A stretch of DNA of 63,520 nucleotides, the filler included, from Asterionella formosa (taxonomy: Eukaryota): NCBI GenBank assembly GCA_002256025.1. It is 7 parts of 7 records of this genome, joined end to end, with 100 filler letters (N's around TTAATTAATTAA, not from the genome) between each part and the next. Parts side by side here need not be neighbours in the genome. Positions count along the whole stretch, not along the records: positions 38,970 to 58,316 come from NKIB01003710.1; positions 58,417 to 59,617 come from NKIB01003711.1; positions 59,718 to 60,918 come from NKIB01003712.1; positions 61,019 to 62,219 come from NKIB01003713.1; positions 62,320 to 63,520 come from NKIB01003714.1; 2 more parts are not named here. One strand, written 5' to 3'. Positions 52,486 to 63,520 of the stretch are shown here, piece by piece (the stretch's first letter is position 1; every line of letters begins with the position of its first letter). The notes beneath the pieces are model-generated. The model was not told where the DNA came from and searched no databases. It saw only the letters and a list, made by a program, of their open reading frames with translations. The translations under genes and the position numbers were made by a program.

Positions 52486-53111
52486 GTCTAGATTAGTTGG
52501 CGCAACAAATCAACCTCAACAAAGAATCAAAATAGAAACAAAGGAACATTTGAATAAAAGGCAGTCGAATGAGTAGGTAATCGAGTCGAAGCAAGTAACT
52601 TTGTGATATTTGAGTACCAGTACCAGTACCAGTACCAGTACCTGGTACCTGGTATAACTTCAGTTGATGAGGGAGAAGACACTTCTTACTGGCTGCTCGG
52701 CTCGCTCTGATAATAATGAAATATTATATCATGTGTGTGTGTGTTATAGCACTAATTATTTTTGTGATTTGATACATAATATCGTTGTTGCGCTCTAATA
52801 ATAGAAATATTTTAGATTACACTTATCTGACATTAAAAAAATGTTTATCTACAATTTGCTTATAGCAGTTAAATTTTCATATCAATGCATCCTCTTGTGT
52901 GTTATGCCTCCGCTCTCCTCTTAATATTGAGGGAGTACCAGTGTATGAGTTCCATAATTTCACCATCGTCGGCCACTGACTGTGTCGGCTTTCCGCTCAT
53001 CTCGTGATGATGAGCATGATGATATATGATCATCACATTGCCACTGCTAGGAGCAGCCTGCGATCTAGCAAACAAGACGCCATCGTTCAGTGACAGTTTG
53101 ACTGTTGCTCA

Positions 53112-53193
53112 TGCTGATTCTGATGTTGATTATGATTCTGATTCTGATGCTGATTCTGATTCTGATTCTGATGCTGATGCTGATGCTGATGCT
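53112..53193. repeat. Hexanucleotide microsatellite (GATTCT/GATGCT)n
   Basis: Direct reading of the sequence. Confidence 0.9.
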
Positions 53194-54444
53194 GTTATTT
53201 CTCTTGTTCTTATTGGTGGAAAACAGCTCTCTCTTATATTTTGCTGTTATTGCTGTGGTTATATACCTTTTCTGCTTGTTCTTCGCCCTGTGTTTGAACT
53301 TGAATATGCATTGTTTGATATGAAATGGAAAAGGTGTTGTGTGTTCAATTCCAGCCATGATCTAGCTCTGACAATCTTGTTCTTCGCTGCCAGATAAAAA
53401 ATACTCTTTCATGGGCCAGTTATGGGAAAAAACAGGCAGGAGACACAAGAAAAATTTTCACATGACAAAATTCTAATGAAAAGCATTTCCCTTGTTCTTG
53501 ATTTAGCATTTTCGATTCTCTTTGCAGTCCTTGTTGCACTTGTTGTTCCGCTTTCCGTATTTGGACTTGTTCCTTCTACTACTGTTGCCTTTTCATTCAT
53601 TGATTTCGTTGGTCTTTGTTGATTGTTCTTCCTGCTACTGTCACCTTTTCATTCCTTTTTGCAGTCGTGGCTCCGGGTTCCGCATTGACTGAATTTTTCC
53701 CTGCTGCTACTGTCGCCTTTTCATTCCTTTTTTTGCATTTGTTGCTCCGGTTTCCACATTTTTAGTTGTGCCTGTGGCCGCCTTTTCATTCCTTATTGCA
53801 GTCATGGCTCCGGTTTCTGTATTGACTGGAGTTGTGCACTCACCACATACTCTGTTTCACGACTATCTTCATTGTGATTCTTCTTCTTTGAAGAACTCAC
53901 ATCAAATCAGAGGAGCTTTCCCAGTATACAAGTACAAGACATTTGGTTGTGCATTTACTTCTGTGGAAGATTCACTGCAAGTAGGTACATGTGGCTATAG
54001 GTAAGCATTTGAAAGAACAGATTTCTATCACTCACTCACTCACTCAGCCACTCATCCTACTGCTATCTAAATTAATATTAGCTTTGATAGAGAAATGGGG
54101 TTCTGGATGAAATAAAATCTACACAAAAATTACATACGTTTAATAATGAGGCCTGCATCAGAAATATGTATACTTACTGCTAATTTAAAAAAAGAACATA
54201 ATTATTCACCAGATTTACAATGTTCATATCATTTCAGCTGAATAAAATGATTCAGCTGAAATTAATGAACACCTCGACCCCTCATTTCGCTTCCGTCGAT
54301 TGGCATCATGACAACAATATTTATTTAGCTACATGTAAATTCAGGACTGATTAGGATTCTTTTTACTATGACTTTCAATTGCCCATTTTATCAACACAAA
54401 TAAAACAAATAGAATTATCACATCAATTGGAGGGCAGTGCAACA

Positions 54445-56478
54445 ATGATTATGTTGCGCCTAGTTACCTCAACCCTTTCTCGGAAGGCCTCCGCTATCAA
54501 ACCTTCACTCGCATTGCTTCGGATTGGCCATCGACGCGGTATACATAGTGATGCTACGAATAGTATACAAGGAATTAGCGGTACATCGGATGCGCATTCT
54601 AGTGCTAACGTAAAATCTGCTGGCAAGGACACCAGCAGCAGCACCACCACCAGCAATCAGGACGATCTGAATTTCGTTCGCACAACGGAATCCATAGGAG
54701 AATCTCAACGACAGTCATATTCCGCAGGAGGGTCCGAGAAAGAAAAACTGTTGCAAGAAACGAATGACCTCCTTCGGTCCGATTTGGGATCGTTCAGTCC
54801 GACCGATTGGGAGCGAGCGCTAAGTATCCTGAACAACTGGACGCTATCAGATCATGACACAGAAATGGCCTGGAAAATGTTTGATAGACTAGCCGAAGAG
54901 GAAGGCACTCGAAGCAATAAAGCAGATCCCATGTTGACGAAGGATCAATTGAGGCATGTTCTAGGGAGCTGGAATCACCTCCCAATGGGGATCACTGCAC
55001 AGGACGTTGTTTGCAAATTAGCCAAATATAGAACCCAAATCCCAAAGCTATATCCTGACAATATCACCTACAATTTGCTCATAAGTGGAGCTGTAAAGCA
55101 GGGAGAATCACCTGAGTTCGCAGAGAAAATATTGCGAACCATGCAGGAAATTCGAGCTGCTGATCCACTGGCTTGCCTTCCCTCGACAGTGACATACAAT
55201 GCTGTCATGGATGCGTGGTCCAAGAGTCAATCCCGGGACGCTCCTGAGCATGCCGAAGCTCTCTTAATGGAAATGGAGGAACTTTCCAATGACGAATCCC
55301 TAGCGCTATCAATGCTAAACTCTGACAAAACATCATATAGTACGGCCATAACCGCGTGGGCTAAAAGTGGTCGAATCGTGGCCGTGGACCGAGCTAAGGC
55401 ACTGTTGGCGAGACTCCAGGACAAAGTTAAGAAAGGCAAAGAAAACTTACACCCCGATACGAATGTTTATAATACTCTGTTCCAAGCGTTGGTGGTTAAC
55501 AATAGAGTGGAAGAAGCAGACGCAATGCTCAAGGAATTCTGTGATAAATCTATCTCGTTGAAGACATTAGCCACGCCTGACAACTTTTCGTTTAGTATTG
55601 TCATCTCAGGTTGGGCCAAGAGTGGAAATCCAAATGCAGCAATAAAAGCCGAAGAATTATTTCAAAGAATGCAGGAGTTACAGGCGGATATTGCGCTCAA
55701 GCCAAATACTGTTACATTGAATGCATTGATTAGTGTCTGGGCCAACATTCGACTCGAAGGAGCAGCAGAAAAAGCAGAATTATACCTCGAAATGATGAAA
55801 GTATCCAGCGAATGCCAACCAAATGCTACAAGCTACAATGCAGTGATATCTGCATGGGCCAACAGTCGCCAAGTTGGTGCCCCAGATAAGGCAGAAAATC
55901 TACTTAGGGAAATGCAAGCTTCAGCGGATGAGTCATGCAAACCTAATCAATGGACATACAATGCGGTAATTAATGCATGGGCCATGAGTAAGCACCGTGA
56001 TTCCACAAGAAGAGCTTTTTCTCTCTTTCACGAGATGAAGGAATCTATTGGCGTCAATGTGATTACGTACAGTACTCTACTGAAATGTATCTCATCTTCG
56101 AGTTCGAAACACAAGGCGCAAGAAGCATTGAACTTGCATGAAGAAATGGAGGCCTCATCAATTGAACCCACAGTTCGTACCATGAACGAAGTTATGGCAG
56201 CCTGTGCTTTTTCCAATCGAAAACCCTATGACATGGAGACCCGAGATAGAGCATTTCACATTGCTACAAAAATGTTTCGACGCATTGTCAAGGAAGTGAA
56301 GCCAACACCGCATACATTTTCCTTTTTCTTTCTGTCGGCGCCCGAGTCAGGCAAGAAAAAGGATATTGAAATTGTCTATGCTATCTGCAAGAATCTAGGG
56401 ATGCACCAAGACCCACAAGTACTGCGGGGGTTGGAAAGAGTGGCCCCGCATTTGATTGCTAAGGCTAGAAGGAGCTAG
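54445..56478 (+). CDS. Pentatricopeptide-repeat (PPR) protein, probably mitochondrial
   Basis: About 10 PPR motifs (PSTVTYNAVMDAWSKS, PNATSYNAVISAWANS, etc.); R/S/L-rich N-terminus without acidic residues from ATG 54445. Confidence 0.92.
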   Translation: MIMLRLVTSTLSRKASAIKPSLALLRIGHRRGIHSDATNSIQGISGTSDAHSSANVKSAGKDTSSSTTTSNQDDLNFVRTTESIGESQRQSYSAGGSEKEKLLQETNDLLRSDLGSFSPTDWERALSILNNWTLSDHDTEMAWKMFDRLAEEEGTRSNKADPMLTKDQLRHVLGSWNHLPMGITAQDVVCKLAKYRTQIPKLYPDNITYNLLISGAVKQGESPEFAEKILRTMQEIRAADPLACLPSTVTYNAVMDAWSKSQSRDAPEHAEALLMEMEELSNDESLALSMLNSDKTSYSTAITAWAKSGRIVAVDRAKALLARLQDKVKKGKENLHPDTNVYNTLFQALVVNNRVEEADAMLKEFCDKSISLKTLATPDNFSFSIVISGWAKSGNPNAAIKAEELFQRMQELQADIALKPNTVTLNALISVWANIRLEGAAEKAELYLEMMKVSSECQPNATSYNAVISAWANSRQVGAPDKAENLLREMQASADESCKPNQWTYNAVINAWAMSKHRDSTRRAFSLFHEMKESIGVNVITYSTLLKCISSSSSKHKAQEALNLHEEMEASSIEPTVRTMNEVMAACAFSNRKPYDMETRDRAFHIATKMFRRIVKEVKPTPHTFSFFFLSAPESGKKKDIEIVYAICKNLGMHQDPQVLRGLERVAPHLIAKARRS

Positions 56479-58275
56479 ATAAAATAGGTATTTGTAAAGC
56501 TTTGAATATGTGATCTGACGGATGAGGACGTGATTATGAGGACATCTCGTCTTTTTTTTTCACTCCTCATGTGATCGCTCCAGGTTCATCCTAAAAATTG
56601 CTCAGTTTCCTTCTTTATTAAACCCGTTACTTTACATTTCCATTGCCTTGCTTCATGTAACAAAGACTACAAAGGATCACATACAGCTCTTGGAAGTAAT
56701 TAGTTGGTACTGGCGTAACATGGATGTACCAGGGGAATACCTGTCGAAGTCATCATATACCCACGTTTACCAGAGGAAATCGAAGTTTTAGCAATCTAAT
56801 AAAATAAAGAACAATAATGTTCTATAATTGCACCGGTAAAATCCTTTTATTTATATATTACTTGAACTTGCAACAACAATCTTTGTTCTTAATTACTTCG
56901 ATGGCTCGGTTGTTGTTGCTGCTGTTGTTGCCGCTGCTCCAGCTGAATATAATGCTGAATTCGTAGTGCGACCATGGTATCACTAGAGCCATGATTTCTT
57001 GGGATTGCTCTAGCAGCTTGAAGGGCTTGTAACAGATCAATTGTATTCGAAGGTGTTCCTTTAAAGTTGGGAAGCCCAAGTGGCCTCTGACGACATTGTT
57101 GTTGGTGATGTGATGGTGGTTGCATGGCGTCTGTTTGATTGGATTGTAGCAAAACCTTGACAGCCGCAGAGACTGTTGAATCTTTTGTCAGATCGGAAAC
57201 TACAGTCTGTACTCCTGGTGGTACGGTTCTGGTTGTTTGTGACTGCTGCAATTGTGGTTGTAGATGGCATGGTATTGCCATATTATGTTGCTGTTGCTGT
57301 TACTGTGTCCTTCATTGATTTTCCATAGGTCCCACATGACTAGTAGCCTTTCTTCAACGGCAAAGACCTGCTAGGATAATCCATTTCTCGTTTCATTGGT
57401 TTCTTTCGCTTTGCACACTTCATTAGTATCATACCTGATAGATCAGCTCTTACAAAGTTCTTTTGAGTTCAGGAAAGATAATAAAAAATGAATATTAGAT
57501 TCGTGATGGTGGTTTTGCATGTGACCATGACATACTATCATACTGCATCTATTGAATTTGCCCTACGGTTGTCAGGATTCAACAAGTAGGTTCTGGGTAA
57601 TTATAAGCTTAATGATTAGTGTATCTATATTGGCTCCTAGTCCAAGGGGACTCACAAGGGTCTTGATGAGAAGGGCATGTACTAGGTGTCAAGAGTCCAT
57701 GCTAGGTGTCATGTTTTGGCCTAGCATTGGTACGTCTATTCTACAGATACATCTGTACCAATAGTTATCACGTAACATATAGCTGCGGGTACATAATGCA
57801 ATATGTACTACGAGCTACATACTAGTAACCATGGGTACTGGTACACCTTTCACTTATGGTTGACGTGGTATACATACACAGTGTGTATTGTGTAAATCTC
57901 TACAGTGAGAGTAAACAAGCATATGGTCTGCATAGAAGAGCATATAAGGTCAACGTTATTTATATAGGACTTATACCATCTAATGATATAGTAGATCTAG
58001 CGTGGTACATACTGTACCATAGGTCAGAATTGCTGTTCATACCCCATGAATCCATGCCCCTTCTTCTGGTCCATCTTGAATGCGTTGAAATTTCCATTGG
58101 CTTAGCTTTCGAGTAAATGATGCAAACTTGGTAGATTTGCCCAAATAATTGGGCAAAATGTCTGTGACAAACAACTGTTGATCCAAAATCATGAATGGTT
58201 TGCCATGTGGTAACTATGTAATGGACCTTTTATTCCTAGGCATGGATAGTATCTCTGAAAGCTGTGTAGATAAAA

Positions 58276-58277
<2 letters not shown>

Positions 58278-58308
<31 letters not shown>

Positions 58309-58316
58309 TGTATGTA
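58278..58316. repeat. (TATG)n microsatellite at contig end
   Basis: Direct reading of the sequence. Confidence 0.95.
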
Positions 58317-58573
58317 NNNNNNNNNNNNNNNNNNNNNNNNNNNNNNNNNNNNNNNNNNNNTTAATTAATTAANNNNNNNNNNNNNNNNNNNNNNNNNNNN
58401 NNNNNNNNNNNNNNNNTCTACTCTACATACAGTAATAAAAATTGTTTTGCCTATTCTGTTACAAAAAAATCACACGTGGTTCTTTCATATGCTGTTTATA
58501 AATCAATTTCTCTCTGCTCATAAGTTTGAAACAGTCTCTAAAGAAAAAGAACATCTGAGAAAACAAAACTCAA

Positions 58574-59534
58574 ATGAATATTAGAAACAAAATTATTTGT
58601 GTGGCATTGGCCCTACTCTTGGTGCAAGCTACCGAAGGACAAAAAATGGTTAGTTCATTATTATACTTTATTTCTTTTTACCATCAGTTTGCGAAAACAA
58701 GAATTAACATTCTTTGCGGTTTTCTTTTTCTAGTCGACGAGAAAGCCAACTGTCAAGCCAACTAGGTTTCCCACTTTCCAGCCCACAAGCCAACCAACCA
58801 CCAAACCAACCAAGTTTCCTACTATCAAGCCAACGAAAAAGCCAACTAGGTATCCTACCATCAAGCCAACTAGGTTTCCTACCATCAAGCCAACTAGGTT
58901 TCCTACCATCAAGCCAACGAAAAAGCCAACTAGGTTTCCTACCATCAAGCCAACGAAAAAGCCAACTAAGCCTACCAGTCAACCAACAAGATTACCTACC
59001 ACCAAGCCTACAAGCAACCCTACTAGTCAGCCTACCAATGTGCGTTGCACAAACTCTATTTCTGTGTGTGGAATACCATATACTTGTGACATTACTGAGT
59101 TATATCTTTCTTATGAGTTTTGCGAAACCATGCCTACAGAGATTGGACTCTTGACAAGTCTCAATTATCTAGATTTTGACAATACTTTCACCGGCACACT
59201 TGTCACAGAGATTGGACTCTTGACAAGTCTCAATTATCTAGATTTGTCTGACAATACTTTCACTGGCACACTTCCCACAGAGATTGGACTATTGACAAAT
59301 CTTAATTATCTAGATTTGGACAATAATACATTCACTGGCACGCTTCCTGCACCATTCAATTCCTTGAACCCTGTTTCTTCACCAGCTGATTCGCCAGCTG
59401 CTTATCCAACCCTAGCATCAATCTCTACGAGGTCCATGCTACCTTCCCCTCCTACTATCAATACTGCTTCCACTCCTGGTGTAATTTCACAGCCAACCAC
59501 GCCTGCCCAACCCCCCGCACACACCATGACTTAA
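58574..59534 (+). CDS. Secreted protein: signal peptide, KPT/PT mucin-like repeats, 3 plant-type LRRs, P/S/T tail; 2 exons (58574-58648, 58734-59534)
   Basis: [22 protein letters not shown]; phase-0 intron GTTAGT..TAG 58649-58733; exon 2 reads [14 protein letters not shown]..([12 protein letters not shown])n and continues in frame into [24 protein letters not shown] repeats. Confidence 0.8.
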
Positions 59535-59559
59535 ATAAAACAAGACTACAGATTCAAGC

Positions 59560-59617
59560 TAGGGTTAGGGTTAGGGTTAGGGTTAGGGTTAGGGTTAGGG
59601 TTAGGGTTAGGGTTAGG
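59560..59617 (+). repeat. Telomeric (TTAGGG)n array at contig end
   Basis: About 9.5 perfect TTAGGG units, G-strand pointing to the contig end. Confidence 0.92.
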
Positions 59618-59717
59618 NNNNNNNNNNNNNNNNNNNNNNNNNNNNNNNNNNNNNNNNNNNNTTAATTAATTAANNNNNNNNNNNNNNNNNNNNNNNNNNN
59701 NNNNNNNNNNNNNNNNN

Positions 59718-60918
59718 TACCCCGTACCATATGGCGACAGTTGACCCCAAGTGCAAGAAGTGAAATTCAACACATAAGAGATACTATCATGTCATCCAAC
59801 AGTATCCCACCATCAGGAAGTTCCATTACCAATGATACAACTACTTCAATGCTTAGCAACCCCCCGATGGTCCCCAAACAATATTCCAATCCGGCAGAAC
59901 GCAATCCTGAAGAACGAGCAGCAAATATGTCAATGCAATCAACCCACCAAATTGAAACGCAGCAAAATCAAGATACCTCAGATGACCCGGATGCAGAACA
60001 GCTTATTTCCTTACTAACTGAGGTGTTAAAGCACGAGGAAAAACTAAATGATGGTATTCGCTCCATCTATACAGTGCATACTCGAGACGTTACAATGGAT
60101 ACCACCATATGCAACCACAGATGTTTACTATCATTACTGAACGAACATACTTTTCTAAGTATAGCAGACAATGGAGCAGATACTTGTGTCATTGGAGACA
60201 GATGGCATATTGAGTCATACACGTCACGAAAAGCCAACCTTGTCGGGTTTGATGCAAAAGCTTCCCGTAAAACTGGAATGCCCATTGTCAGTGCGGTAAC
60301 AGTAGTGGAGACACAAGGGAATAAATACCTTCTCCGTGTACATGAAGCTGTGTATAATCAAGGCAGTTCTACCACCCTCCTCTCAGAGTTTCAATTACAA
60401 GAACATGACTGCATTGTTGATTCTATTTCCACTAAGCACCCAACAAGCATACCAGGCAGGAAAGGAGGACAGTGTTTTCTTCCCCGTCCTCATGTCTACA
60501 TCCCTTTTATCATTAATGGAGGTCTTATGACATTCAGACACCGGTTACCAACAGAACAAGAATTAACATCATTGCCACCTATCGATATCACAGCAGACTT
60601 CCCTTGGGATCCTAACTCACACTACAGTGACCAATGCTTATCATTGCTGCCATTACAGCAAGATATATCAGTCCAGGTACATAACATTGTACACATGAAA
60701 GACGATAAACTCTGCACCTCACCATATGTACTCTTGGACTCTACCCTCGATACATACAAGAACCCTTTGGGCTTGGTATTAAACCCAAATCTTGCAGCTG
60801 AGAAACCTAACAAAATGTGCCATGCTCTCCTTACTACTCGCATAGTCAATCCAAACATTGATGCCCTCAGACCATACCTAGGATTCCAATCAACTGAGGT
60901 CATTTCCCATACCTTGGC
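59718..60918 (+). mobile_element. Ty1/copia (CoDi-like) polyprotein fragment: gag C-terminus, protease, pre-integrase region
   Basis: Open frame with IADNGADTCVIG, PIVSAVT, HEAVYN..TLLSEFQ..CIVDS, PTEQEL..IDITADFPWDP, LRPYLGF. Confidence 0.82.
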
Positions 60919-61018
60919 NNNNNNNNNNNNNNNNNNNNNNNNNNNNNNNNNNNNNNNNNNNNTTAATTAATTAANNNNNNNNNNNNNNNNNNNNNNNNNN
61001 NNNNNNNNNNNNNNNNNN

Positions 61019-61165
61019 TACTAGTGCCTACGAGGACAAAAAGAATTATAGCACGTTACTTTGTCTATGACAAGAAAATTATTGGGTGTTTGGTTCCACC
61101 TCGAGAAAAATGTACAGGGGGGTCCAGCAACCATAGGGGGGGTCCAGGACAATGAAGTATACGGG
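61019..61165. mobile_element. Second copy of the DNA-transposon terminus seen at 38745-38869
   Basis: Reverse-complement near-identity over ~125 nt; followed by TACCTGGTACCGG. Confidence 0.8.
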
Positions 61166-62319
61166 TACCTGGTACCGGGATTGTAAGATTGTAAGGTATT
61201 ACATGTATAGAGCAACCGTACATCATATTATTTCACTATACCTTCAAGGCAGTCCTTGCGATATATGATATATCAGGGGTCCCGGGGGGTATTCAGGTAC
61301 TCCGTACCGCGTTACCAGTCACTGGTATATACTCCCATTAATTGCCCTCTATTAACGTAATTATAACTATGTACTCCAATATGTTTCGAATGTATACATA
61401 CATTTACGGAGGTATGTTAAATTTTTTTTTCACAAAAATAGGCAGCATTTGCCGCCTAGACCAGTCATTCACTCCTATACCTTTGTTTCGTATGTGGTAA
61501 CGGCTATTTACTGGGATCCTTCGGGGAACCGTTAAATCTAGGTTTGCCAGTAGTGCAAATGTTGCGCAGGTTGGGCCTGGGTGGGGTTCCGAAGTTTCAG
61601 AGGCTAGGGTTTCGACAAGACAGGCTTCCAACGGGATGGCCTGGCTGCTGTACCGAAGGGGGGGGGACAGTGATGGTCTCCGTTCCGGTCTTACCAGTTG
61701 AATGACAATGGTGTGATTCAACAAATTTATGAAGGTTCCGATCCAACAACCAACAGTTTCTGCAAATTTTTGGGGGGGGTGACGCGCACCCCTATGGCGT
61801 TTCGCCAACCGTGTGTACTTACCTTCTGGTAACGTCTTAACCTTCCCAGTCTGCAGATATAGCATATGAGTACCTTATGCACAATTAAACAATGTTCATG
61901 CCTGATAATGTACAAACCGGTATAAATATATTCAGTATGACTATGTATCAAATGCTTTCTTCTATTTTTATCAGACATGCCTGTTGTTGGTATGATAATG
62001 TCCACATCAATGTATCAGGTGTAACCTATAAATTTTTTAATTATTATACCGGTAGTAATAACGGTAGGAATTAGTATACACTCCCTATAGTGTACGTGTA
62101 TCCCGGTATGTTATCATTGCGATCTGGTCGGATCATCATCATCTCACTTTTATAAAAAAATATTCATATACTTATATCATATTTCTTCGGAATATACAAT
62201 GTCTCGTTGTTGCTTGCTGNNNNNNNNNNNNNNNNNNNNNNNNNNNNNNNNNNNNNNNNNNNNTTAATTAATTAANNNNNNNNNNNNNNNNNNNNNNNNN
62301 NNNNNNNNNNNNNNNNNNN

Positions 62320-63520
62320 TACCCCGTACCATATGGCGACAGTTGACCCCAAGTGCAAGAAGTGAAATTCAACACGTAAGAGATACTATCATGTCATCCA
62401 ACAGTATCCCACCATCAGGAAGTTCCATTACCAATGATACTACTACCTCAATGCTTAGCAACCCCCCGATCGTCCCCAAACAATATTCCAATCCGGCAGA
62501 ACGCAATCCTGAAGAACGAGCAGCAAATATGTCAATGCAATCAACCCACCAAATTGAAACGCAGCAAAATCAAGATACCTCAGATGACCCGGATGCAGAA
62601 CAGCTTATTTCCTTACTAACTGAGGTGTTAAAGCACGAGGAAAAACTAAATGATGGTATTCGCTCCATCTATACAGTGCATACTCGAGACATTACAATGG
62701 ATACCACCATATGCAACCGCAGATGTTTACTATCATTACTGAACGAACATACTTTTCTAAGTATAGCAGACAATGGAGCAGATACTTGTGTTATTGGAGA
62801 CGGATGGCATATTGAGTCATACACTTCACGAAAAGCCAACCTTGTCGGGTTTGATGCAAAATCTTCCCGTAAAACTGGAATGCCCATTGTCAGTGCGGTA
62901 ACAGTAGTGGAGACACAAGGGAATAAATACCTTCTCCGTGTACATGAAGCTGTGTATAATCAAGGCAGTCCTACCACCCTCCTCTCAGAGTTTCAGTTAC
63001 GAGAACATGACTGCATTGTTGATTCTATTTCCACTAAGCACCCAACAAGCATACCAGGCAGGAAAGGAGGACAGTGTTTTCTTCCCCGTCCTCATGTCTA
63101 CATCCCTTTTATCATTAATGGAGGTCTTATGACATTCAGACACCGGTTACCAACAGAACAAGAATTAACATCATTGCCACCTATCGATATCACAGCAGAC
63201 TTCCCTTGGGATCCTAACTCACACTACAGTGACCAATGCTTATCATTGCTGCCATTACAGCAAGATATATCAGTCCAGGTACATAACATTGTACACATGA
63301 AAGACGATAAACTCTGCACCTCACCATATGTACTCTTGGACTCTACCCTCGATACATACAAGAACCCTTTGGGCTTGGTATTAAACCCAAATCTTGCAGC
63401 TGAGAAACCTAACAAAATGTGCCATGCTCTCCTTACTACTCGCATAGTCAATCCAAACATTGATGCCCTCAGACCATACCTAGGATTCCAATCAACTGAG
63501 GTCATTTCCCATACCTTGGC
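62320..63520 (+). mobile_element. Second, ~99% identical copy of the copia fragment
   Basis: Same 1201-nt span as 59718-60918 with about 13 substitutions by eye. Confidence 0.85.

Noticed and set aside
53026..53397. ORFs with DSDA/LMLI/ISIR runs
   Set aside because: Microsatellite translations
56889..57281. Q-rich 130-aa ORF
   Set aside because: Low complexity, upstream region has stops, no domain; at best a pseudogene fragment

Overview
Eukaryotic, most likely diatom, nuclear DNA. Evidence: DUF6824-type gene, CoDi-like copia fragments, short GT-AG introns of 77-135 nt and TTAGGG telomere repeats. The window is not one locus. It holds seven separate contigs (1-19399, 19500-38869, 38970-58316 and four of exactly 1201 nt) joined by an artificial 100-nt N-TTAATTAATTAA-N linker. 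Intact host genes: LAMMER/CLK kinase, RECQL4-like helicase with zf-GRF and SAP domains, CNNM/DUF21 transporter, DUF6824 protein, STAS-less SLC26/SulP transporter, CS-domain protein, Cys-rich secreted protein, ARM-repeat protein, ankyrin-like/LRR protein, mitochondrial PPR protein, and a secreted KPT-repeat/LRR protein that ends 25 nt from a telomere array. The rest is mostly decayed transposons: TA-flanked IS630/Tc1-like and pogo/DDE_1 elements, a tyrosine-recombinase retroelement relic with split direct repeats, an internally deleted Ty3/gypsy element with no tRNA primer site, and two copia copies. The most notable observations are pervasive TA-CC(W)GG-TA palindrome clusters matching the ends of local DNA transposons, a possibly self-priming gypsy element, and the telomere-abutting surface-protein gene. 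All family assignments come from motif recognition by eye; no searches were run.
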